A DNA stretch of 64,000 nucleotides from Aquiluna sp. (GCA_017854485.1 JAFMHN010000002.1:7755-71754), one strand, 5' to 3'. Positions 29,679 through 41,691 are shown, counted from the stretch's first letter. Notes: generated by a model not told the origin, from the letters alone. Numbers and translations: made by a program.

Positions 29679-30125
29679 ATGAATCTAGATCGCAGAACTG
29701 CGCTTACCGGCGCTCTTGCAGCAACGGGAACCTTGACCTTGGCGGCCTGCGCCGCAGAGCCAGAGGTTGCCGCAACCACTCCCCCGAGTGCGACCGTGGA
29801 TCAGGTGGAACCCGCGACCTCTGGCGAGACGCTACTGGGGCCAACCGCTGAGATCATGGTCGGTACCGGCAAAAAGTTTGAAATCTCCAGCGCACTGACG
29901 ATTTTGGTGACAAGGCCGAACCAGGACACCTTTCGTGGCTTCAACGCCTCCTGCACGCACTCCGGCTGCATTGTCACTGGAGTGAAAGATGACCAAATCG
30001 CCTGCGGTTGTCACGGAGCTCGGTTCAACACCGACTCTGGAGAGCCGGAAGCTGGACCAGCCAAGTCGGCTCTGGGCAAAATCTTGCTAGAGGTCCGCGG
30101 TGCGGACCTGTATGCCCTGATCTAG
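29679..30125 (+). CDS. Small Rieske [2Fe-2S] protein with Tat-lipoprotein signal
   Basis: RRTALTG twin-Arg plus lipobox LAAC; CTHSGC and CGCHG Rieske boxes. Confidence 0.9.
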   Translation: MNLDRRTALTGALAATGTLTLAACAAEPEVAATTPPSATVDQVEPATSGETLLGPTAEIMVGTGKKFEISSALTILVTRPNQDTFRGFNASCTHSGCIVTGVKDDQIACGCHGARFNTDSGEPEAGPAKSALGKILLEVRGADLYALI

Positions 30126-30142
30126 CTCATAGATTGGTGTCA

Positions 30143-31965
<1,823 letters not shown>

Positions 31966-32006
31966 AGGAATTTCTCAGCCAAAAAGAGTATTGTTCTAAT
32001 AAGCAC

Positions 32007-32150
32007 AGTTCTTCGGGGTCAGTGAAAATCTGAGCCGGCGGTTAAAGTCCGCGACCCGACCGGAAACATCGCAACCAGCGGTGCAGTTTCTGTCGGTTGA
32101 CTTGGTGAAATTCCAAGACCGACGGTTAAAGTCCGGATGGTAGAAGAACT
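32007..32150 (+). promoter_or_regulatory. FMN riboswitch (RFN element)
   Basis: P1 AGTTCTTC (32007-14) pairs with GAAGAACT (32143-50). Conserved GTGAAAATC, CCGGCGGTTAAAGTCCGCGA, GGTGAAATTCC and CCGACGGTTAAAGTCCGGATG; directly upstream of ribD. Confidence 0.96.
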
Positions 32151-32218
32151 TGGGCGCTATTTGCGCCCGCTTTCTTTCCGCGCCCGCGGTCTGTGTGAAA
32201 CAGAACCGAGAGGGCAAG

Positions 32219-33247
32219 ATGCCAACGCAAGAGCAACTAGAAGCTGCGATGCAGCGCGCTCTGGCAATCTCGCTTCAGGGGCCAGCATTCGGGGTCAATC
32301 CTCAGGTGGGCTCCGTGATTCTGAACCCGGATGGCGAAATTGTTGCCGAGGGTTACCACAAAGGCTCCGGTACCGATCACGCCGAAGTGATGGCATTGAA
32401 GAATTTTGCTCAGGCTTTTCCTGACACACCCCTAACCAATCACACTGCTGTGGTGACCCTAGAGCCCTGCAACCACACCGGAAAAACCGGCCCGTGTGCA
32501 AAGGCGTTGGTCGATGCAGGAATTTCCAGCGTTGTCTTTGCAGTCAGCGACCCTGGCCTCGAATCTGGCTCGGGGGCCAAAACCCTGACTGATGCCGGCA
32601 TCGAAGTTTCAACGGGACTGATGATGCACGAGGCTGAGGATCAGAACCGTGTCTGGTTGACTGCTAACCGACTAAAGCGACCTTTTGTAACCCTGAAGTG
32701 GGCAAGCACTCTCGATGGCCGCAGTGCCGCTCAAGATGGCTCTAGTAAGTGGATTAGCGGTGCTGAGTCTCGTGCCGACACTCACTTCAGAAGATCCGAG
32801 GCAGATGCCATTTTGGTGGGAACTGCGACTGTGATTGCCGATGATCCTGAACTGACCGCTAGGAAACCTGACGGTGGCTACTACGAGCACCAACCGGCGC
32901 GAATCGTAATTGGTGAAACTGAATTGCCAAGAAATCTAAAGATCTTCAACGACCAGGCCCCGACTGTTGAGATCCGCACGCGAGATCTGAATCTGGTCAT
33001 GGCTGAACTATGGAGCCGGGAGCTCAAGCACGTCTTTGTTGAGGCGGGTTCGACCCTAGCTAGCGCTCTGGTTGCACAGGGTCTGGTTGACGAGTTCTTG
33101 GTTTACATGGCCCCAATGCTGCTGGGTGGAAGCGGCACTGCCATTGGTGACATTGGAGTCACCAGCATGGACCAGGCAATGGAGCTGGAGATTTTGGAAA
33201 CAACCCGTATCGGGAAAGACATCTTTATTAGAGCAAGGAGCGCATGA
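32219..33247 (+). CDS. ribD: Riboflavin biosynthesis deaminase/reductase
   Basis: HAE, LEPCNH...PC, KWASTLDG and VEAG motifs. Start moved to ATG 32219, downstream of the riboswitch. Confidence 0.96.
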   Translation: MPTQEQLEAAMQRALAISLQGPAFGVNPQVGSVILNPDGEIVAEGYHKGSGTDHAEVMALKNFAQAFPDTPLTNHTAVVTLEPCNHTGKTGPCAKALVDAGISSVVFAVSDPGLESGSGAKTLTDAGIEVSTGLMMHEAEDQNRVWLTANRLKRPFVTLKWASTLDGRSAAQDGSSKWISGAESRADTHFRRSEADAILVGTATVIADDPELTARKPDGGYYEHQPARIVIGETELPRNLKIFNDQAPTVEIRTRDLNLVMAELWSRELKHVFVEAGSTLASALVAQGLVDEFLVYMAPMLLGGSGTAIGDIGVTSMDQAMELEILETTRIGKDIFIRARSA

Positions 33248-33837
33248 TGTTTACTGGAATTATCGAAGAGCTTGGTGAGGTAACTGGAATTGAGCAGCAG
33301 CCAGACGCGCTAAGGCTCACTATCAAGTGCTCCAAGGTGCTTGAGGATCTAAAGCGCGGTGATTCGATCTCCTGTTCCGGCACTTGCCTGACGGCAATCG
33401 AGATTGACGAAAATGGCTTCACTGCCGACGTCATGATGGAATCAATCAGGCTCACCAGCCTGAGCGAGGTCAAAGTTGGTGACCCAATCAACCTGGAGCG
33501 CGCGATGAACGCGAAAACTCGCTACGGCGGTCACGTAGTTCAGGGGCACGTTGACGGCGTAGGCGAATTTGTGTCGCGCGAGAAAAGCGACAACTGGGAT
33601 TGGGTCAGAATCAGAATCCCGAAGGAACTGCTGCGCTATGTGGTGATGAAGGGTTCAATCACCTTCGATGGCATCTCCCTCACCGTCAACGAGCTCAATG
33701 ATGACGTGATTGGACTGTCACTGATCCCAGAGACCCTGGCCGTGACCACCCTGGGCCGAAAAGTTCCAGGCAACAAAGTCAACGTCGAGGTAGACGTGAT
33801 GGCAAAACACATCGAGAGATTGCTGGAGTTCAGATAG
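33244..33837 (+). CDS. ribE: Riboflavin synthase (alpha)
   Basis: N-terminal MFTGIIEE, GDSISCSGTCLT and GGHVVQGHVD motifs. Confidence 0.96.
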   Translation: MMFTGIIEELGEVTGIEQQPDALRLTIKCSKVLEDLKRGDSISCSGTCLTAIEIDENGFTADVMMESIRLTSLSEVKVGDPINLERAMNAKTRYGGHVVQGHVDGVGEFVSREKSDNWDWVRIRIPKELLRYVVMKGSITFDGISLTVNELNDDVIGLSLIPETLAVTTLGRKVPGNKVNVEVDVMAKHIERLLEFR

Positions 33838-35079
33838 ATGCAAATTAAGCATTCGACCATTGAAGAGGTCCTTGAGGCCCTTCAGCAGGGGAAGCCTGTC
33901 CTGGTCACCGACGCTGAGGACCGCGAAAACGAGGGTGACGCGATAATCGCAGCCGAATTTGCAACGCCGGAGTGGCTGGCCTGGATGATTCGCTACACCT
34001 CCGGCTACATCTGTGCCCCGATGACCGAAGCACGGGCAAACGAACTTGATTTGCCGCTGATGTATGTGAACACCCAAGACCCACACCACACCGCCTACAC
34101 CGTTAGCGTCGACGCCATGGAGCGAGAGTCAACCGGAATCTCGGCCTATGACCGTGCCCTTACTGGCAGAGTGCTTGCTGACCCAAAATCTTCACCCGGT
34201 TCGCTGATGCGCCCAGGCCACGTGATCCCGCTTCGAGCCAAGGACGGCGGAGTGCTGGAGCGCCCCGGCCACACTGAAGCCGCGGTTGATTTGATGAAGC
34301 TGGCTGGCCTAGAGCCAGTAGCAATGATGGCCGAGATGGTCAACGACGACGGAACAATGATGCGCGGGGAGGAATTATTTGAGACCTCTTTAAGGTTTGA
34401 CTTACCTATGACAAGTATTTCTCAGATTAAAGAGCACATCGCAAGGAAGTCCCCTGAGGTTTCCAAGAGTGCGAACAGGATTCGCTTCGAAGCTGAAGCA
34501 AAGCTCCCGACCAGCCACGGCGACTTCCGCGTCCGCGGCTATTACGACGTGCAGACAACCGCTGACCACGTGGCAATCATCGCCGGGAACCCTACCGGCA
34601 AGGACGTTCTTGTCCGCATGCACTCAGAGTGCATCACCGGCGAAGCCTTCGGTTCACTCAAGTGCGAGTGCGGACCGCAGCTGGACGGAGCCCTGGATGC
34701 GATCGCTAAAGACCCCAATGGTGGAGTAGTTGTTTACCTGAGAGGTCAGGAGGGTCGTGGAATCGGCCTTCTGAACAAACTAAAGGCTTACGCCCTGCAA
34801 GAAGAGGGTCTTGACACTGTCGACGCGAACCTAGCCCTTGGTTTCCCAAGCGAAGCCAGAGAGTATGGCGCTGCTGTTGCAATTTTGAAGGACCTTGGCA
34901 TCACAAGTGTCAGGCTGCTATCCAACAACCCAGCAAAGCGCAACTTCCTTGAGGAAGCTGGAATCGCCGTGACTGAGACTGTTCCACTAATTGTTGGACT
35001 GGCTGATCAGAACCTGGGCTACTTGGAGGCAAAGCGCGCTCGCATGGGACATGAGATTCCCACTAACCTAGGTAAATGA
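33838..35079 (+). CDS. ribBA: Bifunctional DHBP synthase / GTP cyclohydrolase II
   Basis: DRENEGD, RPGHVIPL, GHTEA, RMHSECITG...CECG and QEGRGIGL motifs. Confidence 0.96.
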   Translation: MQIKHSTIEEVLEALQQGKPVLVTDAEDRENEGDAIIAAEFATPEWLAWMIRYTSGYICAPMTEARANELDLPLMYVNTQDPHHTAYTVSVDAMERESTGISAYDRALTGRVLADPKSSPGSLMRPGHVIPLRAKDGGVLERPGHTEAAVDLMKLAGLEPVAMMAEMVNDDGTMMRGEELFETSLRFDLPMTSISQIKEHIARKSPEVSKSANRIRFEAEAKLPTSHGDFRVRGYYDVQTTADHVAIIAGNPTGKDVLVRMHSECITGEAFGSLKCECGPQLDGALDAIAKDPNGGVVVYLRGQEGRGIGLLNKLKAYALQEEGLDTVDANLALGFPSEAREYGAAVAILKDLGITSVRLLSNNPAKRNFLEEAGIAVTETVPLIVGLADQNLGYLEAKRARMGHEIPTNLGK

Positions 35080-35543
35080 GCGGTTCGGGAGCACCAGTAA
35101 TTCAAGTTTCAGGCAAGGGCAAGAAAGTCGTTGTTATCTCTACCTCTTGGCACACCCGGATTATGGATGGGCTGGTTGCCGGAGCAAAGGCGGAACTAGA
35201 AAAATCGGGCTGCGAAGACATCACCTATTGGCAAATACCAGGTGCCTTTGAACTTCCACTGGCAGCTCAGGCTGCAGCCAAAATCAACGCTGACGCGATC
35301 ATCGCCCTTGGGGTTGTGATTCAGGGCGAGACACCTCACTTTGATTACGTCTGCTCTGCTGCGACCGACGGCTTGACCCGCGTGCAGTTAGACACTTCAA
35401 TCCCTGTCGGGTTTGGCTTACTGACCGTCAATAACGAGTCTGAGGCCCTTGCTCGGGCTGGAATCGAAGGATCCAAGGAAGACAAGGGTGCAGAGGCCGT
35501 GCAGGCCGCCCTCGCTATGGCTTCGCTTCTCTCCAAAATCTGA
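35076..35543 (+). CDS. ribH: 6,7-dimethyl-8-ribityllumazine synthase
   Basis: IPGAFELP, LGVVIQGETPHFDYV and PVGFGLLT motifs. Confidence 0.96.
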   Translation: MSGSGAPVIQVSGKGKKVVVISTSWHTRIMDGLVAGAKAELEKSGCEDITYWQIPGAFELPLAAQAAAKINADAIIALGVVIQGETPHFDYVCSAATDGLTRVQLDTSIPVGFGLLTVNNESEALARAGIEGSKEDKGAEAVQAALAMASLLSKI

Positions 35544-35598
35544 GACCAACCAGGCGGCGATGTAATCGCGCTAGAGTGGGCAAGCAGAAGGAGACCTC

Positions 35599-35976
35599 AT
35601 GGACTTAGCAATCGACATCACTAGAAACACCACCCTTATTCTTCACTTCATTGGAGTGGCTTCGCTGCTGGGCGGCTTCCTAACCCAAATGAGGTCCCTA
35701 AAAACTTCCACCGCCACCGTGGTCCCAGCGATGGTTCACGGTGCTTGGACCATGCTGCTAACCGGCCTGGCCCTGGTTGCGGTCGCTGAATACCGAGTTG
35801 CCAACGGTGCTGACTTTGAAGTGAACCACGCAAAGGTGGGAATCAAGTTAGTTGTGCTGCTAGTGATCTTGGTGCTTGTCCTGAGAAACAGAAAAAAGCC
35901 GAGGGTCTCTTCCGGGATCGTGGGCGCCATTGGTGCGCTCAGCATCACCAACATTATTTTGGCTGTGGTCCTTTAG
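35599..35976 (+). CDS. Conserved-looking 4-TM membrane protein of unknown function
   Basis: Four hydrophobic segments; LHFIG, MVHGA and NHAKVGIKL; AAGGAG SD. Confidence 0.78.
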   Translation: MDLAIDITRNTTLILHFIGVASLLGGFLTQMRSLKTSTATVVPAMVHGAWTMLLTGLALVAVAEYRVANGADFEVNHAKVGIKLVVLLVILVLVLRNRKKPRVSSGIVGAIGALSITNIILAVVL

Positions 35977-36010
35977 CCATTTGCCCGGCGGCAATTGATA
36001 TTGTTGCCCA

Positions 36011-36850
36011 ATGACTATCAAGCTCGGGAACACTCGCGTCACCGGCACCGAGCAGTACTACACCCCCACCGGTCTAGCTAATGAGCTTGTATCAACAACG
36101 CTCGCGACAATTCCAAACGCCAATAACCGCACCTTCCTGGAACCGGCCGGTGGCACCGGCAGTTTTGTGGACGCACTTAGAAACAGCGGCATTAGCAACC
36201 TGGTGGCCCTTGACAAATACCCAAAGCACGAAGCGGTGCTGCGTCAGGACTTTTTGGACTGGCAACCCTCTGGAAACAACTTCGTGACCATTTCTAATCC
36301 CCCCTTTGGCAGAAACAACGCCCTGTCGGTTCCCTTCTTTAATAAGGCAGCCGACTTCTCTGACTACATCGCATTCCTAGTGCCAAGATCGTGGCGCAAG
36401 TGGTCTGTTCAAAATCGGCTAGATCTTAGATTTCACTTGGTTTTGGACCAGGAAGTGAAGGTTCAGTACGAGGACGAAAACGGCGAGAAACTTGCCAAGC
36501 AAAATGACCTGCGAACCTGCTTTCAAATTTGGGAGAAGCAGGAAACAGCCCGGGCCAAAGTTCAGGTTCCAGATAATCAGTTGATTGCCAAATCCACACC
36601 CGCTGAAGCTGACCTCGCGATCAGGGTTTTTGGCTACGGTTGCGGCAGCGTTATGGAAGATTTTCCGCGAGTGGAAAACACAACCTTGATGTTCCTGAGA
36701 ATTCTGGATAATCGTGTCAAAAGGGTAATTAAAGGCTTAGATTATGAACGGTTTGCAATCAACACCGCGTACACAAAAGCGCTGTCGTTTCAAGAAATCA
36801 ACTTTCTACTAAACGAAGAGTTATTTGGAAATGGTTTTTTGAAATCATGA
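36011..36850 (+). CDS. Orphan SAM-dependent amino (probably N6-adenine) DNA methyltransferase
   Basis: QYYTP (motif X), FLEPAGGTGSF (motif I) and SNPPFG (motif IV) in gamma-class order; no endonuclease or specificity gene adjacent. Confidence 0.82.
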   Translation: MTIKLGNTRVTGTEQYYTPTGLANELVSTTLATIPNANNRTFLEPAGGTGSFVDALRNSGISNLVALDKYPKHEAVLRQDFLDWQPSGNNFVTISNPPFGRNNALSVPFFNKAADFSDYIAFLVPRSWRKWSVQNRLDLRFHLVLDQEVKVQYEDENGEKLAKQNDLRTCFQIWEKQETARAKVQVPDNQLIAKSTPAEADLAIRVFGYGCGSVMEDFPRVENTTLMFLRILDNRVKRVIKGLDYERFAINTAYTKALSFQEINFLLNEELFGNGFLKS

Positions 36851-36863
36851 GGTTAGGAAGAAA

Positions 36864-38651
36864 TTGAGCGAGTACTACCAGGACCCCACCCAGAACCCAA
36901 AGAGCCGTGAGTACCGGGGCCCGCGGGCGAAGCTGAAGGACCTGCTGCCCTATCTATCAGGTCACAGAAAGACCCTTATTCTTGCCCTGATTCTGTCGGT
37001 GCTGGGCTCGGTCCTCGCTCTTGGTCAACCGCTTGTGATTGGCCAACTGATAACGGCTGTTCAGGAAAACCTCGACACCACCTTGCTGGCATCGGTGATC
37101 GTGGGCTTGGTTATCACCTCCGCATTGGTCAATGCGTTCCAGTACTACCTGCTGTACAAGACCGGTGAGGGTGTTGTGCTGACCACCAGAAAAGCACTGG
37201 TTGCAAGACTCCTTAGGCTCCCAATTTCACAATATGACCGGAGAAGAATCGGTGACCTCGTTTCACGCGTTGGTTCCGACTCAACCTTGCTGAAGGCTGT
37301 ATTAACTCAAGGCCTAGTGGATGCTCTTGGTGGCCTATTGCAGTTCACCGGAGCAATCATCGTGATGGCATTTATCGACCCGCTGCTGCTTGGCACAACC
37401 CTGCTCGTGGTATTTGCCGCCGTTGGGGCCATCGCTCTGACGGGTCGGAGAATCCGGTCTGCGACCACCAAGGCCCAAATGCGGGTTGGCGAAATGAGCG
37501 CGGCGGTTGAGCGTGCTCTAAGTGCGATTCGAACCATCAAGGCATCCCGCGCCGAAGTGCGCGAAACCGAGGAGATTCACAAGAATGCCGAGGCTGCCTA
37601 CGACCAGGGATTGAGCATTGCCAGACTGTCTGCGATTGTTGCGCCCATCGCACAGGTTGCCTTCAATTCGGCTTTCATAATCGTTCTTGGTCTCGGTGGC
37701 CTGCGGGTAGCCACTGGGGCAACGACTATTGCGTCACTGGTGACCTTCGTAATTCTGTTGTTTTTCATGATTGGACCATTGATTTCTGCGTTTGGTGCCT
37801 ACACGTCGGTAATGGGTGCACTGGGAGCTCTTGCGAGAATCAAGGAGATCATGGACCTGGACGAGGAGGAGCCAGGAGCCGAGAAATTGCCAAGAAAGGC
37901 AGCCAACAAAACCGCCATTGAATTCAAGGATGTCGAGTTTCACTATGAAACCGAAGCCGGTGAAGAGCCGCAAGTCATTTTGAAAAAACTCAACCTGAAA
38001 ATCGCTCGTGGATCTCGCGTTGCGCTGGTGGGACCATCCGGGGCGGGTAAGTCGACCGTGTTTTCGCTAATCGAGCGCTTCTATGAGCCAACCGCTGGTC
38101 AAATTTTGCTGGATGGACAGCCAGTGACTGAGTTTTCACGCCAATCACTTAGGCAGCAACTTGGTTATGTTGAGCAGGATGCGCCAGTCCTGGCTGGGTC
38201 GCTGAAAGATAACCTGCTGCTGGGCAAGGCTGATGCCACCGACCAGGAACTTGAGCAGGTACTGAACCAGGTGAACCTGGCAGAGGTGCTCAAGCGCGAC
38301 ACCAAAGGCTTGTCGGCGGAAGTCGGCGAGGATGGCATCATGCTTTCCGGCGGCGAGCGTCAGCGACTTGCAATCGCCAGGGCATTGCTGGCTTCTCCAG
38401 AGATTTTGCTGCTGGATGAATCAACCAGCGCATTGGACGGTCCAAACGAGCAGCGAATGCGTGAGGCAATCGACGCAGTTGCACACGACCGCACGCTGTT
38501 GGTAATCGCACACCGACTCTCAACCGTGGTTGACTCCGATCAGATCATCGTGCTCGAGCACGGCGAAATTGTCGGAATTGGCACGCACTCAGAGCTTGTG
38601 AAATCGACTCCGCTTTATGCCGACCTAGCGAAACATCAGCTGCTGGTTTAG
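36864..38651 (+). CDS. ABC exporter, fused TMD-NBD half transporter
   Basis: 6-TM N-terminal domain; GPSGAGKST, LSGGERQR, LLDE and AHR motifs. Confidence 0.93.
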   Translation: MSEYYQDPTQNPKSREYRGPRAKLKDLLPYLSGHRKTLILALILSVLGSVLALGQPLVIGQLITAVQENLDTTLLASVIVGLVITSALVNAFQYYLLYKTGEGVVLTTRKALVARLLRLPISQYDRRRIGDLVSRVGSDSTLLKAVLTQGLVDALGGLLQFTGAIIVMAFIDPLLLGTTLLVVFAAVGAIALTGRRIRSATTKAQMRVGEMSAAVERALSAIRTIKASRAEVRETEEIHKNAEAAYDQGLSIARLSAIVAPIAQVAFNSAFIIVLGLGGLRVATGATTIASLVTFVILLFFMIGPLISAFGAYTSVMGALGALARIKEIMDLDEEEPGAEKLPRKAANKTAIEFKDVEFHYETEAGEEPQVILKKLNLKIARGSRVALVGPSGAGKSTVFSLIERFYEPTAGQILLDGQPVTEFSRQSLRQQLGYVEQDAPVLAGSLKDNLLLGKADATDQELEQVLNQVNLAEVLKRDTKGLSAEVGEDGIMLSGGERQRLAIARALLASPEILLLDESTSALDGPNEQRMREAIDAVAHDRTLLVIAHRLSTVVDSDQIIVLEHGEIVGIGTHSELVKSTPLYADLAKHQLLV

Positions 38652-38667
38652 CAATAGAGTAAGGGTC

Positions 38668-39969
38668 ATGAGCATCACAGTAATCAATGAAGATTTTGCC
38701 TCCGAATTAGACGCCGAAGACCCACTAAAAGCCTTCAAGTCCGAGTTTCTAATTTCAGACCCGAGTGTTTGCTACCTAGACGGCAACTCGCTGGGAAGAC
38801 TCCCAATCAAGACTATTGAAGAAGTCCAAAGCTTCCTGCTGAACGAGTGGGGCCCAGAGCTAGTGGACGGCTGGTCGCACTGGATCGATCAGGCTCAACC
38901 TGCCGGCGACCTTCTGGCCCGAGCCGCCCTTGGCGCATCGGCTGGACAGACGCTGGTTTGCGACACCACCAGCGTGAACTTTTACCAACTCTGCGTCGCC
39001 GCTATCAACGCCAGGCCCGGTCGCAAGACCGTGATCATCGACTCATCCAACTTCCCCACCGATCGCTATGTAATTGCCGGAATAGCAGAAGCCATGGGCC
39101 TAAACCTAATCACCCTAGACACCGATGGTTCTGGTGGGCCGGGTGCTGTGGCGATTGACTCTGAATTCGAAGAGGTAACAGCGCTAGAACTGGCTAAGCA
39201 CCTAAACGATGATGTTGCACTGGTGACGCTGCAGGCCATCAACTACCGATCAGGCGTGAGACAAGACCTCAAGGCCATCACCGATCTGGTCAGAAGCCAT
39301 GGTGGCTTGGTGGTCTGGGACTGCTCCCACGCAACTGGTTCGATCAAACTAGACCTTGATGACAATGGTGTCGACCTCGCTGTTGGCTGCACCTACAAAT
39401 ACGGAAACTCAGGGCCCGGTTCACCGGCATGGCTGTATGTTTCTAAACGCATTCAGACCGAGCTGAGAGTTCCAATTCAAGGCTGGTTTGCCCAAGACAA
39501 GCAGTTTGAGATGGGCCCTAACTTCGAGCCTTCCGACACCATTCGAAGGTTCCAGATTGCTAGCCCATCCATCATTGGGATTCGCGGGGTCGAAGTTGCT
39601 TTCGAAATGATTGAACGAGCGGGCATAGATCGAATTGAGGCCAAGGCAGCGATCGGCACCGACCTGATGATCAAACTTCATAGGCAGTGGCTACAGCCGC
39701 TCGGCTTCGAGTTGGCGACACCTTCCGAAGCAGCCAAGCGCGGTGGCCACATTATCTTGACCCACCCAGAAGCCAAACAAATCGCATACGCGATGCGCAA
39801 GATTTCCAAGGTGATCCCTGACTATCGTGAACCCAATGCAATCCGCTTGGCGATATCACCGCTGGCAACCAGCTACAGCGAGGTTTATGAGGGCTTTAAC
39901 CGACTTCGAGACCTGGTGGCCTCTGGCGACTACCTGACAGTGTCCCAGGATGGCAACCGAGTCACCTAG
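38668..39969 (+). CDS. kynU: Kynureninase
   Basis: YLDGNSLG, WDCSHATG, CTYKYGNSGPG (PLP Lys), GWF and PDYREP motifs. Confidence 0.92.
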   Translation: MSITVINEDFASELDAEDPLKAFKSEFLISDPSVCYLDGNSLGRLPIKTIEEVQSFLLNEWGPELVDGWSHWIDQAQPAGDLLARAALGASAGQTLVCDTTSVNFYQLCVAAINARPGRKTVIIDSSNFPTDRYVIAGIAEAMGLNLITLDTDGSGGPGAVAIDSEFEEVTALELAKHLNDDVALVTLQAINYRSGVRQDLKAITDLVRSHGGLVVWDCSHATGSIKLDLDDNGVDLAVGCTYKYGNSGPGSPAWLYVSKRIQTELRVPIQGWFAQDKQFEMGPNFEPSDTIRRFQIASPSIIGIRGVEVAFEMIERAGIDRIEAKAAIGTDLMIKLHRQWLQPLGFELATPSEAAKRGGHIILTHPEAKQIAYAMRKISKVIPDYREPNAIRLAISPLATSYSEVYEGFNRLRDLVASGDYLTVSQDGNRVT

Positions 39970-40011
39970 GACCACGAGCCAAAAATTTATGTTCAACTGA
40001 AATGGAAACTA

Positions 40012-40836
40012 ATGGATAGCAACAAACACGTCACCTACATCTCATACCTAAAGGTTGATGAGCTGCTCGAATTGCAGCAACCCTTGAGCGACGGACCGGA
40101 GCACGACGAGCTGCTGTTTATAACCATTCATCAGGTTTATGAGCTTTGGTTCAAGCAAATTCTGCACGAGGTGGCCGCCCTGCAAGTCTCGCTCGAGCAA
40201 GGCAAAACCCACCGGTCGATGGCACTATTGGGCCGCATTCGAACCATCATGAAGACCTGCGTTTCTCAATTGGACATCCTTGAGACCATGACCCCGCTGC
40301 AATTCAATTCATTCCGAGAGCGCCTGACCTCAGCCAGTGGCTTTCAATCGGCTCAGTTCCGAGAGCTAGAGGCCGTGCTTGGAAGACGCGATCAAGCAGG
40401 CGCAACCGCTGACGGAAAGTCAGGAATGGGAATGGCTGAGCACCTAATTGAAGGATCACCAGCAAGGCAGCGTGTCGAAAACGCCATGGGCAGAAAGTCG
40501 CTTTGGGACTCGGCCCTGCACTTTTTCAATTCTAGAAAACCCATTCCTGGGCTTCTTCTAACTAGAGATGTGACGCAGGCCTGGGAGCCGCACGAGGAGC
40601 TCCAGGAAGTGCTGATTGACCTGCACCGAAACGACCCGGAAGTCTCGATGATTGGCGAAGCCCTGATTGACTTTGACGAAGGACTTCAGGAGTGGCGCTA
40701 TCGTCACGTCAAGATGGTTGAAAGAACCATTGGGCGAAAGATGGGAAGCGGCGGATCGTCTGGAGCTGGCTACCTGGCAAGCACCCTGTTCAATCCAGTA
40801 TTTCCTGATCTTTGGGCTATCAGAAGTAGGTTCTAG
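40012..40836 (+). CDS. kynA: Tryptophan 2,3-dioxygenase
   Basis: [40 protein letters not shown] and GSGGSSG...YL motifs. Confidence 0.95.
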   Translation: MDSNKHVTYISYLKVDELLELQQPLSDGPEHDELLFITIHQVYELWFKQILHEVAALQVSLEQGKTHRSMALLGRIRTIMKTCVSQLDILETMTPLQFNSFRERLTSASGFQSAQFRELEAVLGRRDQAGATADGKSGMGMAEHLIEGSPARQRVENAMGRKSLWDSALHFFNSRKPIPGLLLTRDVTQAWEPHEELQEVLIDLHRNDPEVSMIGEALIDFDEGLQEWRYRHVKMVERTIGRKMGSGGSSGAGYLASTLFNPVFPDLWAIRSRF

Positions 40837-41684
40837 GACGCAGCATCAACAACGTTTTTTACCAGCATCGCCCTGGTCATTGGACCAACTCCGCCTGGAT
40901 TTGGCGACAGGTAACCAGCAACGTTTGAAACCGCTGGATCCACATCGCCAAGCAGCTTGCCGTTAGATCTCGTGATTCCAACATCGAGCACCGCCGCGCC
41001 CGGCTTTATCCACTCTGGCTTCACAAAGTGAGGGCTACCCAGGGCAGCAACCACAATGTCAGCCTCCGCAATCGATGCCTCGATGTTCTTAGAAGCGCTA
41101 TGCAAAAGAGTTGGGGTTGCATCAACACCCTTTCGGGTAAGCATGAGACCAAGAGGTCGTCCAACAGTTAGCCCTCTGCCGATGACTGCGACTTTGGCCC
41201 CCCGCAGTGGTACGTCGTAGCGGCGCAAAAGTTCGATGATGCCGCTTGGCGTGCAGGGCATTGGAGAGTTAATTTCCCCAGAAACATTCATCACGAGCTT
41301 TCCCAAGTTCATGGGGTGAAGTCCGTCAGCATCCTTAGCTGGGTCTATTAACTCAAGCATGCTGTTGCCATCGATTCCCCTGGGAAGCGGCAGCTGCACG
41401 ATAAACCCGGTGACCTCATTGGCGCTGTTGAGGTCTTCGATGCCCTTCCTGATGTCGGCCTCTGAGGCTGATTCGGGAAGGTCGATTCGAATCGACTGAA
41501 CTCCGACCTGTTCACAGTCGCGATGCTTTCCGGCAACATAAGACAGCGAACCAGGATCCTGGCCCACTAACAGGGTGCCAAGACCGGGGTGGATGTTTCT
41601 CCGTTTAAGTTCGGCAACCTTGCTGGCAAGCTCGGCCTTGATGTCTCCAGCAGTGAGCTTGCCGTCAAGAATTACAGCGCTCAA
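40833..41684 (-). CDS. folD: Methylene-THF dehydrogenase/cyclohydrolase
   Basis: [27 protein letters not shown] and PGGVGPMT motifs. Confidence 0.96.
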   Translation of the reverse strand: MSAVILDGKLTAGDIKAELASKVAELKRRNIHPGLGTLLVGQDPGSLSYVAGKHRDCEQVGVQSIRIDLPESASEADIRKGIEDLNSANEVTGFIVQLPLPRGIDGNSMLELIDPAKDADGLHPMNLGKLVMNVSGEINSPMPCTPSGIIELLRRYDVPLRGAKVAVIGRGLTVGRPLGLMLTRKGVDATPTLLHSASKNIEASIAEADIVVAALGSPHFVKPEWIKPGAAVLDVGITRSNGKLLGDVDPAVSNVAGYLSPNPGGVGPMTRAMLVKNVVDAAS

Positions 41685-41691
41685 GACGCCC

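Noticed and set aside
33044-33060. GGTTCGA tRNA T-loop-like motif
   Set aside because: Inside ribD with no cloverleaf; no tRNA or rRNA was recognisable anywhere in the window.
35977-36863. Methyltransferase as part of a restriction-modification system, prophage or island
   Set aside because: No endonuclease, specificity subunit, integrase, tRNA or flanking direct repeats seen.
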